Notes: generated by a model from the letters alone, not told the origin. Numbered from the stretch's first letter, positions 1 to 10,126 are shown. The stretch is DNA of 64,000 bases from an uncultured Candidatus Rokubacteria bacterium (GCA_963805625.1 CAWDVE010000017.1:224001-288000), one strand, 5' to 3'. Numbers and translations: made by a program.

Positions 1-25
1 GTATCCGCTCATGACGGTCTTCCTT

Positions 26-886
26 TCAGGCGCCGGCGCCGCGCCCCTGGCCGCGCAGCCGCGGCTCGAGGAGGTCGCGCACGCCGTCGCCCAGCAGATT
101 CATGGACAGGACGACGAGCATGATGGCGAGACCAGGGAAGGTGGCCAGCCACCAGCCGGTGATGAGGTATTCTTTGCCGTCGGCGAGGGACATCCCCCAG
201 CTCGGCGTCGGCGGCGGGACGCCGAGGCCGAGGAAGGACAGCGTCGACTCGAGCACGATGAGCCGGCCGATCTCGGTGGTCATGATCACCAGCGCGTACG
301 AGACCACGTTCGGCAGAAGGTGGCGTCCGAGGATCCACCACGCCGGGCAGCCGAGGCTCCGGGCCGACTGGACGAAGTCGGACTCCCGGAGGCTCAGGGC
401 CTGGCCGCGGACCACGCGTGCGTACGTGACCCAGCCGCTCAGCGCGAGGATGATCAGGAGGTTCCGCAGGCTCGGCCCGAGCACGGCGATGACTGTGATG
501 GCGAAGAGCAGGAAGGGAAAGGCGAGCTGGATGTCGATGAGCTTCGCCACCACCGAGTCGGTACGGCCCCGGAGGTAGCCGCTCAGGAGGCCCAGCGCGA
601 GCCCGATCGTGCCCCCGATCAGCGACGAGACCACGCCGACGAGGAGCGACACCCGGGCGCCGTAGACGAGGCGGCTCAGGATGTCGCGGCCGAGCTGGTC
701 GGTGCCGAGGAGGTGAGCGGCGCTGCCGCGGGCCATCCACACCGGGGGGCGGAGCCGCGTGGCCAGGTCGCTCTTCGCCGGGTCGTGGGGCGCAAGGCGC
801 GGCGCGAGGACCGCGCAGGCCGTGGCGGCGGCGAGGGGCAAGGCGGCCACGAGCAGCGTGAGCCGGAAGCGCCCGGGCCGGCTCAC
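26..886 (-). CDS. Peptide/nickel ABC transporter permease (DppC/OppC-like)
   Basis: HLLGTDQLGRDILSRLVYGAR motif, EAA-like loop (FVQSARSLG), multiple TM helices. Confidence 0.93.
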   Translation of the reverse strand: MSRPGRFRLTLLVAALPLAAATACAVLAPRLAPHDPAKSDLATRLRPPVWMARGSAAHLLGTDQLGRDILSRLVYGARVSLLVGVVSSLIGGTIGLALGLLSGYLRGRTDSVVAKLIDIQLAFPFLLFAITVIAVLGPSLRNLLIILALSGWVTYARVVRGQALSLRESDFVQSARSLGCPAWWILGRHLLPNVVSYALVIMTTEIGRLIVLESTLSFLGLGVPPPTPSWGMSLADGKEYLITGWWLATFPGLAIMLVVLSMNLLGDGVRDLLEPRLRGQGRGAGA

Positions 887-917
887 CGGACCGCCGTCGT
901 CCGCGGGGCGATCCGCC

Positions 918-1838
918 TCACGCGCTGAGCCTCACCCGGGGATCGAGCCAGGCGTAGCAGAGGTCCACGAGGAGGTTCCCCAGCACGAAGACCATGGCCA
1001 TCACGAAGACCGCGGCCTCGACCAGGGGGAAGTCGCGGTTGTAGATGGCGAAGATCATGAGCCGGCCCACGCCGGGCCAGGCGAAGATCATCTCGCAGAC
1101 CAGCGCCCCGCCGAGCAGGAGGCCGAACTGGAGCCCGATGACGGTGACGATGGGCATCGCCGCGTTCTTGAGTGCGTGCTTGAGGACGATCAGGTGCTCC
1201 CCAAGCCCCTTGGCCCGCGCCGTGCGGACGTAGTCGGCGTCGAGCACTTCGAGCATCCCCGACCGTACGAGCCGTGCCATCGCCGCCATCGGGTAGCTGG
1301 CCAGCGTGAGAGCGGGCATGACCAGGTGCTGCCACGTGCCGTACCCGGTGGTGGGAAGGAGCTTGAGGGTTACCGAGAGGACGAGCATGAGCATGAGGCC
1401 GGTCCAGAAGATCGGCGCGGACTGGCCGAGGGCGGCGAGGCCGACCGCGAGGTGGTCGAGCGTGGTGCCGCGCCGCGCGGCGGCCGCGATGCCCAGCGGG
1501 ACCGACAGCGCGACGGCGAGCGCGAGCGCCGTCACCGTGAGGAGGATGGACGCGGGCAGGCGCTCCATCACCAGGCGCATGGCCGGTTGCTGGTGCTGGA
1601 GCGACGTCCCGAAGTCGCCGCGCAGGAGCTTCGTCACGAACCGCCAGTACTGGACGTGGAGGGGCTGGTCGAGGCCGAGGTTGCGGGTGAGCGCCTCGAT
1701 CTCCTCGCGGGACGGGTCCGGAGGCAGCAGCATCATCACCGGGTCTCCGGTCAGGTGCAGGACTACGAAAACGAGCGTGAGGACGCAGGCGGCGACGATT
1801 GCCGTGTGAGCGAGCTTCGCGAGGAGATAGTCACGCAT
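918..1838 (-). CDS. Peptide/nickel ABC transporter permease (DppB/OppB-like)
   Basis: GLDQPLHVQY, GDFGTS, DYVRTARAKG, ends DPRVR. Confidence 0.93.
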   Translation of the reverse strand: MRDYLLAKLAHTAIVAACVLTLVFVVLHLTGDPVMMLLPPDPSREEIEALTRNLGLDQPLHVQYWRFVTKLLRGDFGTSLQHQQPAMRLVMERLPASILLTVTALALAVALSVPLGIAAAARRGTTLDHLAVGLAALGQSAPIFWTGLMLMLVLSVTLKLLPTTGYGTWQHLVMPALTLASYPMAAMARLVRSGMLEVLDADYVRTARAKGLGEHLIVLKHALKNAAMPIVTVIGLQFGLLLGGALVCEMIFAWPGVGRLMIFAIYNRDFPLVEAAVFVMAMVFVLGNLLVDLCYAWLDPRVRLSA

Positions 1839-1860
1839 GGCGGACGGCGGAAGCCGCCGG

Positions 1861-1893
1861 CCGGCATCGGGCGCGCCGGCCGCCCGACGCCGG
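1861..1893 (-). terminator. GC-rich stem-loop between the binding-protein and permease genes (possible mRNA stabiliser or attenuator)
   Basis: Inverted repeat ccggcatcgggcg / cgcccgacgccgg with one mismatch; no clear U-tract. Confidence 0.35.
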
Positions 1894-1901
1894 AGCCGGG
1901 C

Positions 1902-3455
1902 CTAGCGGAGGCCGATATCGTACACGATGATACGCTGGTCGCCGCGCGTCTTGTAGGCGACCTCGTTCCGGGCGGCATCGATCAGCTCGCCCTGGAAGAG
2001 GAAGAGCTCGACCGCCTCGTCGTGCCAGATCTGGGCGGCCTCATGGTAGAGCCGGAGGCGCTTCTCGGCGTCCAGGCTGAATCGCGCCTCCTCCATGATC
2101 TGGTAGAAGCGGGTGCCCTCGTAGTTCCCGGGCCAGATCTTGTGAACGATGCCGCCGGGGCCGTGGAGGCGCCACAGGACCCCGTCGGTGTCGTAGGTCG
2201 TGCTGGCGGGGTCGGCGAGCAGCAGCCCCGGGAAGGTGTTGGCGCGGAGGAGCTGGATCCGCGTGGACGGCTCCAGCACGCTGACCTTGGCGCGGACTCC
2301 CACTTCGCCGAGCATGGCGGCCACCGCCTCCGTGAGCTGCCGGTCGTTCAGGTGGATGCCATTGCCACTCTGGAGCTCGATCTCGACGCCGCCCGCGAAG
2401 CCGGCCTCGGCGAGGAGCTTCTTCGCCATCGCGGGGTCGTACGGGTAAGGCTTGATGCCCGGGTTGAAGCCGAAGTCGGTGTTTGGAATTCCGCTTCCGA
2501 TCGGGATCGCGTAACCGTTGTAGAGCTCCTTGATGATCTTGTTCTTGTCGACGGCGTAGTTGAGGGCCTGACGAACCTTGGTGTTGGCGAGGGGTCCCTT
2601 CTGCGCATTGATGAGGTACACCGTGATGAGGTTGGTCAGGGTGTGCTCGACCCGGCAGCACCCGGTCTTGTCGATCTGCGCCACGTGGTCGGGGAGCACC
2701 TTGGTGATCAGCTGCGCCTCGCCCCGCGTCAGCGCGGCCACGCGGGCGAAGTTGTCCGGGACGGGCCGCCACACGACCTTCCTGATCTTGGGCGCACCCC
2801 GCCAGTATCCGTCATTGGCCTCGAGGACGACCCGGTCGTCCTTGACCCACTCCACGAACTTGTACGGCCCGGTGCCGATCGGCTTGAGGGCGAAGTCCTT
2901 CCAGTCCACCTGCTTCAGGTACTGGGGTGGGAGCATCTGGCCGCCGTAGCCGGCGAAGCGCTTCACGAGGATCGGGTCGGGCTTGCTGGTGACCACGTTG
3001 ATCGTGTACGGATCGACGACCTCGGCCCGCTCGATCGTGGCGAAGCCGCCGTAGACTTGATGGACGCCCTTCGTGATGAGCCGGTCGATCGTGAACTTAG
3101 CGGCCTCGGCATTGAACGGCTCTCCGTTGTGAAACTTCACGCCCTGGCGGAGCTTGAACTGCCACGTCGTAGGGTTGACGCTCCGCCACGAGACGGCCAA
3201 CTCGGGGGCCACCTTGCCGATGTCCTTCGAGTCCCAGGTCACCAGCGCGTCGTAGATGTTGTAGAAGAGGTTGAGATTGTGGATCTGCGTCGCCTGGGTC
3301 GGATCGAGCGTAGTGATGTCGGCGCCCTGGGCGATGACGAGGGTCGGTCCCTGGGCGGGCGCGGGGCTGGCCATCAGCAAGGCGAGGGCGATGCTCGCCA
3401 GGAAGGCGCGGAGCGCCACTCGGGACCTCGGCCGGATGAAGGGTCGCATCAGCAT
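1902..3455 (-). CDS. ABC transporter substrate-binding protein, family 5 (DppA/OppA-like)
   Basis: Signal peptide, LRQGVKFHNGEPF, GTGPYKFVEW; AAGGAGG SD before ATG 3455. Confidence 0.93.
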   Translation of the reverse strand: MLMRPFIRPRSRVALRAFLASIALALLMASPAPAQGPTLVIAQGADITTLDPTQATQIHNLNLFYNIYDALVTWDSKDIGKVAPELAVSWRSVNPTTWQFKLRQGVKFHNGEPFNAEAAKFTIDRLITKGVHQVYGGFATIERAEVVDPYTINVVTSKPDPILVKRFAGYGGQMLPPQYLKQVDWKDFALKPIGTGPYKFVEWVKDDRVVLEANDGYWRGAPKIRKVVWRPVPDNFARVAALTRGEAQLITKVLPDHVAQIDKTGCCRVEHTLTNLITVYLINAQKGPLANTKVRQALNYAVDKNKIIKELYNGYAIPIGSGIPNTDFGFNPGIKPYPYDPAMAKKLLAEAGFAGGVEIELQSGNGIHLNDRQLTEAVAAMLGEVGVRAKVSVLEPSTRIQLLRANTFPGLLLADPASTTYDTDGVLWRLHGPGGIVHKIWPGNYEGTRFYQIMEEARFSLDAEKRLRLYHEAAQIWHDEAVELFLFQGELIDAARNEVAYKTRGDQRIIVYDIGLR

Positions 3456-3563
3456 GTCCTCCTTCGCCCCGGACCGCGAGTCCGGGCGCTCAGCATGCAC
3501 AGGCTCTCGCCGGGGACCGCGGCGCCCGCGGAAGCCGCCGGATCCCGGCGTGCATCGTCGCGC

Positions 3564-4481
3564 TCACGGATAGGCCGGCGTGCGCCACTCGGGATGGGGT
3601 CCCGAGCCGCCGCGGACCGCCTGGAAGTAGGCCTCGCGCACCTTGGCGGTCAGGGGGCCGACGGCGCCGTCCCCGATCGGATGCCGGTCGACCGACAGGA
3701 TCGGCGTCACCTCGGCGGCGGTCCCGGCGAAAAAGGCCTCATCGGCGATGTAGAGCTCGGTCCGATCAACCTCTCGCTCCCAAGGCTCGACCGACAGGGT
3801 CTCACGGAAGAGCGTCAGGAGCGTCGCGCGGGTCACGCCTTCCAGAATGTTGCTGGTGACAGGCGAGGTGATGGGCTGCCCGTCGCGGACCAAGAACAGG
3901 GTGTAGCCTGGACCTTCGGCGACGCTCCCGTCGCTGTTGAGCAGGATCGCATCGTCGTAGCCGTCCGTCCTCGCCTGGAGCAGGGCGAGCCGGCTGTTCT
4001 GATAGTTGGCCGCTGCCTTGACCCGGGGCGGGATGGCGTTGTCCGAGGTGCGGTCCCAGGAGCTCACCGCCACATGGAGGCCGCCGGCGCCGAAGTAGCG
4101 GCCGGTCGGAATGGGCGCCAGCACGTAGCTCACCGGCTCGCGGGAGGCCAGCCCGCCGTCGTCGGTGTCGACGAAGACGATCAGGCGCACGTGGAGGTCC
4201 TCGCGAAATCCGTTTGCGCGGATCACCTCGTGCGTCTCCTGCTCGAGACGAGCGAGGTCCGCCGGGAGCGGGATCCGGGCGATCTTGGCGGACCGCTGGA
4301 GCCGGCGGAGGTGATCGCGGAGGCGGAAGACGTAGAGCTGCTGGTCCGGGTCGCTCCAGTACGCGCGCATCGCCTCGTACACGCTGGCGGCGTACTTCAT
4401 CGCGGTAGACAGGACGTGGACCCGCGCGTCCTCGTACGGAATGATCCGGCCGTTCATCAGGAGCAGGCGAGGCTTGGCCAT
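3564..4481 (-). CDS. ilvE: Class IV aminotransferase (branched-chain amino acid transaminase-like)
   Basis: KAAANY (PLP Lys), GYDDAILLN, ILEGVTR, ADEAFFAGTAAEVTPI; start set at MAKPRLL. Confidence 0.85.
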   Translation of the reverse strand: MAKPRLLLMNGRIIPYEDARVHVLSTAMKYAASVYEAMRAYWSDPDQQLYVFRLRDHLRRLQRSAKIARIPLPADLARLEQETHEVIRANGFREDLHVRLIVFVDTDDGGLASREPVSYVLAPIPTGRYFGAGGLHVAVSSWDRTSDNAIPPRVKAAANYQNSRLALLQARTDGYDDAILLNSDGSVAEGPGYTLFLVRDGQPITSPVTSNILEGVTRATLLTLFRETLSVEPWEREVDRTELYIADEAFFAGTAAEVTPILSVDRHPIGDGAVGPLTAKVREAYFQAVRGGSGPHPEWRTPAYP

Positions 4482-4680
4482 GGGGGCCACGTTACCCGAA
4501 GCGTCGGCCGGGCGGCAAGGGATGGAAGGGAAGGTCACGTCGAGGGCTCCCGCCCGCCGGCCTGCTCGCGTGCGCAGACGCGGCGACGAGCGGCCCTCAC
4601 CTGCGGTACCCTCGGGGAAACGGTGTTCGACGGCGCCGGCGGCGCGTGACGTACAGGTCCGGGAGGATGACGGCGTGAAG

Positions 4681-5082
4681 ATGAAGAAGGGGTTTCGGCA
4701 GCTGGTCGACGAGGCCAAGTCGCGCGTCCGGACGCTCACTCTGGAGGAGGCCCGGGCGCGACACGGCCGGGCCGACATCGTCTTCGTCGACGTCCGCGAC
4801 GTCCGAGAGCTCGAGCGGGAGGGCCTGATCCCCGGCGCCTTCCACTGTCCCCGCGGCATGCTCGAGTTCTGGATCGATCCGGAGAGCCCCTACTTCAAGG
4901 ACGTGTTCGGCTCGGGGAAGGAGTTCGTCTTCTACTGCAACGCCGCGTGGCGGTCGGCGCTCGCGGCCGACACCGCTCAGCAGATGGGGCTCGAGCGCGT
5001 CACGGAGATGGACGGCGGGTTCACCGCGTGGAAGGCCGCCGGATTCCCCGTCGCGGAGCCCCCCGCCAAGAAGCCCGCCTGA
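4681..5082 (+). CDS. Rhodanese-like domain protein
   Basis: VDVRDVRE, CPRGMLEFWID, FYCNAAWRSALAA, MDGGFTAWK. Confidence 0.9.
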   Translation: MKKGFRQLVDEAKSRVRTLTLEEARARHGRADIVFVDVRDVRELEREGLIPGAFHCPRGMLEFWIDPESPYFKDVFGSGKEFVFYCNAAWRSALAADTAQQMGLERVTEMDGGFTAWKAAGFPVAEPPAKKPA

Positions 5083-5119
5083 CGTCCGGGTCGGGCGCCG
5101 CCGCGAGACGGCTGCCCGA

Positions 5120-5782
5120 CTACGGGGCCCCCCTTCGCGCATCGCAGTACTCGGGATTGCGCCAGACGATGAACGCCGCTTTGTTGTCGCACGAGGCGTC
5201 GGTGACGTAGTTCTGGATGATCCCGTGCACGCGAAAGCCGCACCGGAGCTGCACGCTGAGCGTCGGATCGACGAGCCGGTCGGCGATCACCAGGGCCACG
5301 TACTCCTCGACCGGCATCCGGTCTTTCCACAGGCCGTACCCATTGAGCAGGCCGCCCGCGATGTGCCCCCTGAGATTCAGGCGTCGGACGAGCGCGTGGC
5401 GGGCTCCGTAGAGGAGCCGGGCGATCCCTCGACGGCGATACTCCGGGAGGACGCCGATGTCCGCGCCGTAGAGCCAGTCGCCGTCCGGGTCGTGGTGGCC
5501 GAGCCAGTTGTGATCGACCGCGTCGATGTAGCGGTGCTCGATGTGATCGAGGTCGGCCGTCGTCCGGAAGTCCGTCGAGCAGGCGACCGGTCGGCCGGCG
5601 GCGGTGACGGCGGCGAGCTGGCCCTCTGGAAAGCGCTCGAGGTGGGCCCGGTAATGCGCGGCAGTGATCAGCTCGTGCTCGGCCAAGGTGGGGAACGACG
5701 CCCGCTGAATGGCCTCCAGCTCGACGGCCATGCCGGGCGTGCTGTTGACGACCGAGAAGGCCTGGCTCGCGGAGTCCGTCAC
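5120..5782 (-). CDS. GNAT family N-acetyltransferase
   Basis: VLPEYRRRGIARLLY acetyl-CoA motif A, FPEGQ, DPTLSVQL; GTG start overlaps the MFS stop (GTGA). Confidence 0.85.
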   Translation of the reverse strand: MTDSASQAFSVVNSTPGMAVELEAIQRASFPTLAEHELITAAHYRAHLERFPEGQLAAVTAAGRPVACSTDFRTTADLDHIEHRYIDAVDHNWLGHHDPDGDWLYGADIGVLPEYRRRGIARLLYGARHALVRRLNLRGHIAGGLLNGYGLWKDRMPVEEYVALVIADRLVDPTLSVQLRCGFRVHGIIQNYVTDASCDNKAAFIVWRNPEYCDARRGAP

Positions 5783-6996
5783 GGCGCCGCGCGGGTTCGG
5801 CCGTAGGTCTCGGGGGCGCGCCACGCGAACAGGACGCCGACGCCGGCCAGGAGCCCGGCGCCGGTCGCGAGGGCCGTTTCGATGCCGAAGGCATCGGTCA
5901 CGAGGCCGAGCACGATCGGTCCGATGACGTAGCCGGAGTCGGCGAGCGTCCGGTAGAGGCTCATCGCCGCCGCGTTCATCCGGGGCGGGGCCACGTCGAC
6001 GGCGTAGGCGGCCGGGGCTACCCCGCCGATTCCCTGGGCGATGCTCCAGACGAGGGACGCCGTCACGAACCACGCATAGGACGGGGCCAGCAGGAACAGG
6101 AGCAGCGAGACGCTGGTCAGGAGCGTGGCTGGCACGATCACGGCCTTCCGGCCGTAGCGGTCCACCAGCACGCCGGCGGGATAGGCAAGCCCGAAGCCGG
6201 CGAGGCTGCCGAGCGCCATGGCGAATCCGATCCGGTCCGGGCTCAGCCGCAGGCGATCCTGGCCGAGGACCGGAATCACGTTGAACAGAGCGCCCGTCCG
6301 GGTGAAGGCATTCGCGAAGCTCACCAGGCTGACCAGGAGAAACCCGATCCGGCTGGCGAGGACACGTAGCTGCGCCCTGAACGGCGGGGCCGGCGAGAGC
6401 GATTCCGCGGCGCCCGGGCGTCGGAGCGCCATCGTCTCGGGGACCTGGAGCCAGGCGACCAGCCCCGCGAGCGTGCCGGTGATCGCATAGGCGACGAACG
6501 GGGCCGACAGGCCGAATCGCTCCGCCAGCACCCCTCCCGGGAAAGGTCCGAGGCCGACCGCGAACAGGAAGCTGCCCTGGTAGATCGCCATCGCGCGCCC
6601 GCGCCCCGCCGGCGTGGTGATGTCGGCCAGCACGATCTGGCCCGCCGTCAGGACGAACGCCGCCCCGGCGCCGGCCACGAACCGCGCGCCCACGAAGGTG
6701 GGGTAGTTCGGGGCGTACGCGCAGAGGAGGTTGCCGGCGGCCGTCACGAGCCCTCCGAGGGCGAGCGCCGGGCGTCGACCGAGCCTGTCGGAGACCTGTC
6801 CGACCGGCACGGCCACCAGGAAGCGCGCCAGCCCGTAGACCGCGATGGAGACTCCGATCGCCGCCTGGGACACCCCGAACGACCGAGCGTAGAGGGGGAG
6901 CACGGGCACCACGCTCCCGAACCCGAGCTGGTTGATCCCGATCAGGATGCACATCCAGACCAGGATCCGAACGTCGCTCTGCGGCGGGCGGGTCAC
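5779..6996 (-). CDS. MFS transporter
   Basis: About 12 TM helices; MFS motif A GQVSDRLGRR and GVLVDRYGRK. Confidence 0.92.
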   Translation of the reverse strand: MTRPPQSDVRILVWMCILIGINQLGFGSVVPVLPLYARSFGVSQAAIGVSIAVYGLARFLVAVPVGQVSDRLGRRPALALGGLVTAAGNLLCAYAPNYPTFVGARFVAGAGAAFVLTAGQIVLADITTPAGRGRAMAIYQGSFLFAVGLGPFPGGVLAERFGLSAPFVAYAITGTLAGLVAWLQVPETMALRRPGAAESLSPAPPFRAQLRVLASRIGFLLVSLVSFANAFTRTGALFNVIPVLGQDRLRLSPDRIGFAMALGSLAGFGLAYPAGVLVDRYGRKAVIVPATLLTSVSLLLFLLAPSYAWFVTASLVWSIAQGIGGVAPAAYAVDVAPPRMNAAAMSLYRTLADSGYVIGPIVLGLVTDAFGIETALATGAGLLAGVGVLFAWRAPETYGRTRAAP

Positions 6997-7148
6997 GGCC
7001 CGATCACGGGGATCTTGGCACCAAGGCCGCGCACCACCCCCGACGGGCCGCGCAGCCTGTTGGGCGTCACAGGGGCCGGTGGGCGGACCGGCAGCGATTC
7101 GCGCGGTCCATCATCGGCGCAGCGTCTCCGAGTTGGCGGCGTCGAGCG

Positions 7149-7513
7149 CTAGCTTGCGGCGCGCCGCTTGGGCGGCCGCAACTTCACCGCCTTCTGGGCG
7201 CGCAAGCCCAAAGCCCGAATGGCGGTCGAGACGCTCACGCCCTTCAGGCGAAGGCGCACCGTCTTCTTGACGCGTGAGACCGGCACCAGCACGTCCCGGG
7301 TCAGGAGCCGGTCGAACTTCGCGGCGACCTGTCCGAGCGGCAAGCCCGAGACCGACACGTCGATCTTGTTGCCGAGACTCAGCACGCCCGCCGACCCGCT
7401 AGGCTCCTCGCCGTAGCATTCGCAGTCGCAGGTGTCTGACTCGTACACGTAGACGCAGCCACAGCCTCCGGGGGACACACGATCTTGCATCGTCCAGCAC
7501 TGCACGTCGCCAT
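7149..7513 (-). pseudogene. Small Cys-rich protein with a C-terminal STN-like domain, frameshifted at a C5 run (~7470-7474); real mutation or sequencing error
   Basis: AAGGAG SD before ATG 7513; MATCSAGRCKIVCP continues in another frame as GGCGCVYVYESDTCDCECY... Confidence 0.55.
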
Positions 7514-7630
7514 GGGCGTCGCTCCTTCCCCAGGGGGCCCTGGGTCGTCAAGCCAGTCTGACATGGGAGAACGACGCGGCATAGGGCTCCGGCGCCGGGA
7601 ACAGGGCATTCGATGACCTGATCAAACCGC

Positions 7631-8242
7631 GTGCGAGACACACCCCACAAGGTCGACTGGTACCCGAGTCCCCCGACAGGACCACCATCGAAATGGTTGG
7701 CGGTTCGCCGGAGTCCTATCCCTTCACACGCACGCTGGGGGGCCCATGGTGAGCTCCGATACGCCACCTCGGACAACTGGGGATGGACACGCGAGTCCGG
7801 GAGAGGATTTGGGGATGCGACGACCATCCCGACCCTGATGGTGGAGCATCGATTCATCGGTCGAACCAGTGGAGAGCAGCCAGTCGCGGTGACGGCGCGG
7901 ATTCGCCTGGACCGGAGCGTGGGCAAGATCGTGCCCCCGACGCCTTCCACGAGCGGCCCTCTCCCGCCGCGCAAGGCGCTCAAGGACTCCTCCGATCTTG
8001 CCACGCTGGCTGGTCGATGGCGTGGATTCGTCCGGACGGACGGCCGTGAGTTCGATGTCCCAGTCGAGTTCACTCTCGAGCCGGATGGGACGCTTCGCGT
8101 CGCCCTGAGTGAGCCGGTCACGGAGCGATTCCGCGCGACGATGTCGGTCCGCGACGGCGGTCTGGCATATGTGGGGACCAACGGGGTGAATGGCCCGTTC
8201 GCGCTGCACGAGCAGGACGGGCGGCGGATCCTGGCGGGGTAG
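7631..8242 (+). CDS. Hypothetical protein (possibly a fragment)
   Basis: 203-aa ORF filling a gap, beta-rich C-terminal half; start uncertain. Confidence 0.4.
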   Translation: MRDTPHKVDWYPSPPTGPPSKWLAVRRSPIPSHARWGAHGELRYATSDNWGWTRESGRGFGDATTIPTLMVEHRFIGRTSGEQPVAVTARIRLDRSVGKIVPPTPSTSGPLPPRKALKDSSDLATLAGRWRGFVRTDGREFDVPVEFTLEPDGTLRVALSEPVTERFRATMSVRDGGLAYVGTNGVNGPFALHEQDGRRILAG

Positions 8243-8350
8243 GTCACCAATCCCCGCCAGAGCTCTGAGGCTCCGGTTGGCCACACCATCAGGGTGCAGT
8301 GGCAGGGGCCGCAGCGGATCGCCTCGAAGCGGGCGCGGCCCGTCACGCCC

Positions 8351-8617
8351 TCACGCCGCGTCGTCCCCCCCGCGCCGGAGCGGTCGCACCAGGCGGAGAT
8401 CCGGCTGGCCGTCCCGCCCGTCCGGCTTCTTCTCGTTGGTGAAGGCGAGGTAGCTCAACCGCTCGTCCCCGCGCACGAGCGCCGCGATCGCGTCCGCGAT
8501 CACCGCGCCGGCGTCGATCTCGATCGCGAGAAATGGCCCGCTCGAGCCCGTCTTCTGCCAGGCCGCTCCGACGTCTTGCCGTCCGTTCCGCCCGCGCCGG
8601 ATGTCCGTCGTGGCCAT
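8351..8617 (-). CDS. Small hypothetical protein, DUF736-like
   Basis: GAGGAGG SD; DVGAAWQKTG..FLAIEID and PDLRLV resemble DUF736 motifs. Confidence 0.6.
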   Translation of the reverse strand: MATTDIRRGRNGRQDVGAAWQKTGSSGPFLAIEIDAGAVIADAIAALVRGDERLSYLAFTNEKKPDGRDGQPDLRLVRPLRRGGDDAA

Positions 8618-8628
8618 GCTCGACCTCC

Positions 8629-9078
8629 TCAGGTGGGTTTCTCGCCGGCGGCGACGCGCGCCCGACCCAGGAGATTGACCACGATGCGACGGGTTTCCCC
8701 GCCGCTCCGGATCGTGATCGTCCCGGCGGGCACCGCGAAGCCCTTCGACGAGAACTGGATCGTGACGTTGCTCGTGGCGACCGCCCCGTCCACGAGGCGA
8801 TGAGGTCCCTCAACCGTCTGGGCGTCGCCGCCGGGATCGGCGACGATCCGGAAGCCCCGCCCGTCGGGTTCGAGGACGAGCGCGTGGGTCACGTCCTGGG
8901 CGCGCGCGCGAGCCCTCGTAAGGTGGACCGCCGCGTAGAGGTCGGCGGTCGCCCCGCCCGCCCGGTATCCCTCGAGGGCCGCGCCCACCGTGGGGACGGC
9001 GGCGCCCATCAGGATCCCCAGTACCAGCAGGACGACGACGACCTCGACCAGCGTGACCCCGCACTGCCCACCTCGCAT
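8629..9078 (-). CDS. Prepilin-type N-terminal cleavage/methylation protein (FimT/GspH-like minor pilin)
   Basis: Class III signal G|VTLVEVVVVLLVLGIL; C-terminal IQFSSKG...IVVNLLGRAR; AGGAGG SD. Confidence 0.85.
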   Translation of the reverse strand: MRGGQCGVTLVEVVVVLLVLGILMGAAVPTVGAALEGYRAGGATADLYAAVHLTRARARAQDVTHALVLEPDGRGFRIVADPGGDAQTVEGPHRLVDGAVATSNVTIQFSSKGFAVPAGTITIRSGGETRRIVVNLLGRARVAAGEKPT

Positions 9079-9277
9079 GGCGACCTCCTGCCGATTCACG
9101 GAGCAATGGCGGTGCCATCGCGCGCCGGGCGGCCCGCGGAGTCCGATCCATCCATTTCACGCGGACTTGAGCCTCGTGGACGCCCGAGCGGTCTCTCGAC
9201 GCGTGACGTGACCGTCGGCCCGTGTGGACGAGGTGCATCGAAACGGATGCGCCGGGGCGCGCCCGGCCCCGGTCAGG

Positions 9278-10126
9278 TCAGACGGAGCGGAAGCGGGGCG
9301 GGTCGCCGGGCAGGCGGACGACGCGCCCCTCGCGCTCGAGCTTGGCGAGGTGCGAGAGGACGGACAGCCGGGCCACCGGATGGAGCGCGGCCGCCACCTC
9401 CCGATACACGCGGGCGACGATGTCAGCCACGGTCTCGGCACCGGCGCCGACGGCGGCGAGGATCTGCGCGTCGCGCTCGAGCCGGTGGGCGATGTAGCCC
9501 TCGACGACCGGCCGGGCGGGCTCGAGGACCGGGCCGTGCGCCGGGTAGATGCGCTGGACGTCCAGCTGGAGGACCCGCCGGAGGGACGCGAGGTAGTCGC
9601 CGAGGTCGCCGTCGTCGGGCGGGATCACCGTTGTCGAGCCGCCCAGGATGAGGTCGCCGGTGAAGAGCGCCCGCTCCTCCTCGAGGTAGTAGCAGAGGTG
9701 GTCCGACGCGTGCCCCGGCGTGTAGACCGCGTGGAGGGTGACGCCGTCCCCCTGGATCACCGAGCCGTCGGCGAGGGACTTCATGGAGACCGGGAGGGTG
9801 GCGTCGTTCTTCACGAGCTTCGCGACGGGGACCCGCGGGAACGCCCGCCGCACGTCGGGCACGCCGCCGATGTGGTCGACGTGCCGGTGCGTCAGGATGA
9901 CCCGGGACACCTTCTCCGAGCCCTCGGCGGCGAGGAACGCTGTCAGGAGGCGGATGTAGCCCGGTACGCCCGCCCCCGTGTCGAGCAGGATCGGCCGGCG
10001 CGCCCCCACGAGGTACGTGTTGGTGCCGGGCCCGGTCATGAGCCCGGGGTTCAGCCCGAGGACGCGCCCGACCAGGGGCGTGAGGCGCGCCGTCTCGGGG
10101 ATCACCGACGGACGGGGCGCGCTCAC
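9278..10126 (-). CDS. MBL-fold metallo-hydrolase (LACTB2-like with C-terminal winged helix)
   Basis: NPGLMTGPGTNTY, THRHVDHIGG, TPGHASDH, PAHGP; GTG overlaps the NUDIX stop. Confidence 0.9.
   Translation of the reverse strand: MSAPRPSVIPETARLTPLVGRVLGLNPGLMTGPGTNTYLVGARRPILLDTGAGVPGYIRLLTAFLAAEGSEKVSRVILTHRHVDHIGGVPDVRRAFPRVPVAKLVKNDATLPVSMKSLADGSVIQGDGVTLHAVYTPGHASDHLCYYLEEERALFTGDLILGGSTTVIPPDDGDLGDYLASLRRVLQLDVQRIYPAHGPVLEPARPVVEGYIAHRLERDAQILAAVGAGAETVADIVARVYREVAAALHPVARLSVLSHLAKLEREGRVVRLPGDPPRFRSV

Noticed and set aside
1-12. Start of a further minus-strand gene (ATG at 12 with AAGGA upstream)
   Set aside because: Only four codons lie in the window, so the product cannot be called.
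759-4649. 1296-aa plus-strand ORF and similar long ORFs (17462..20068, 22357..25128, 24470..26758, 57258..59285)
   Set aside because: Antisense shadows of clearly recognisable genes in high-GC DNA; no motifs of their own.
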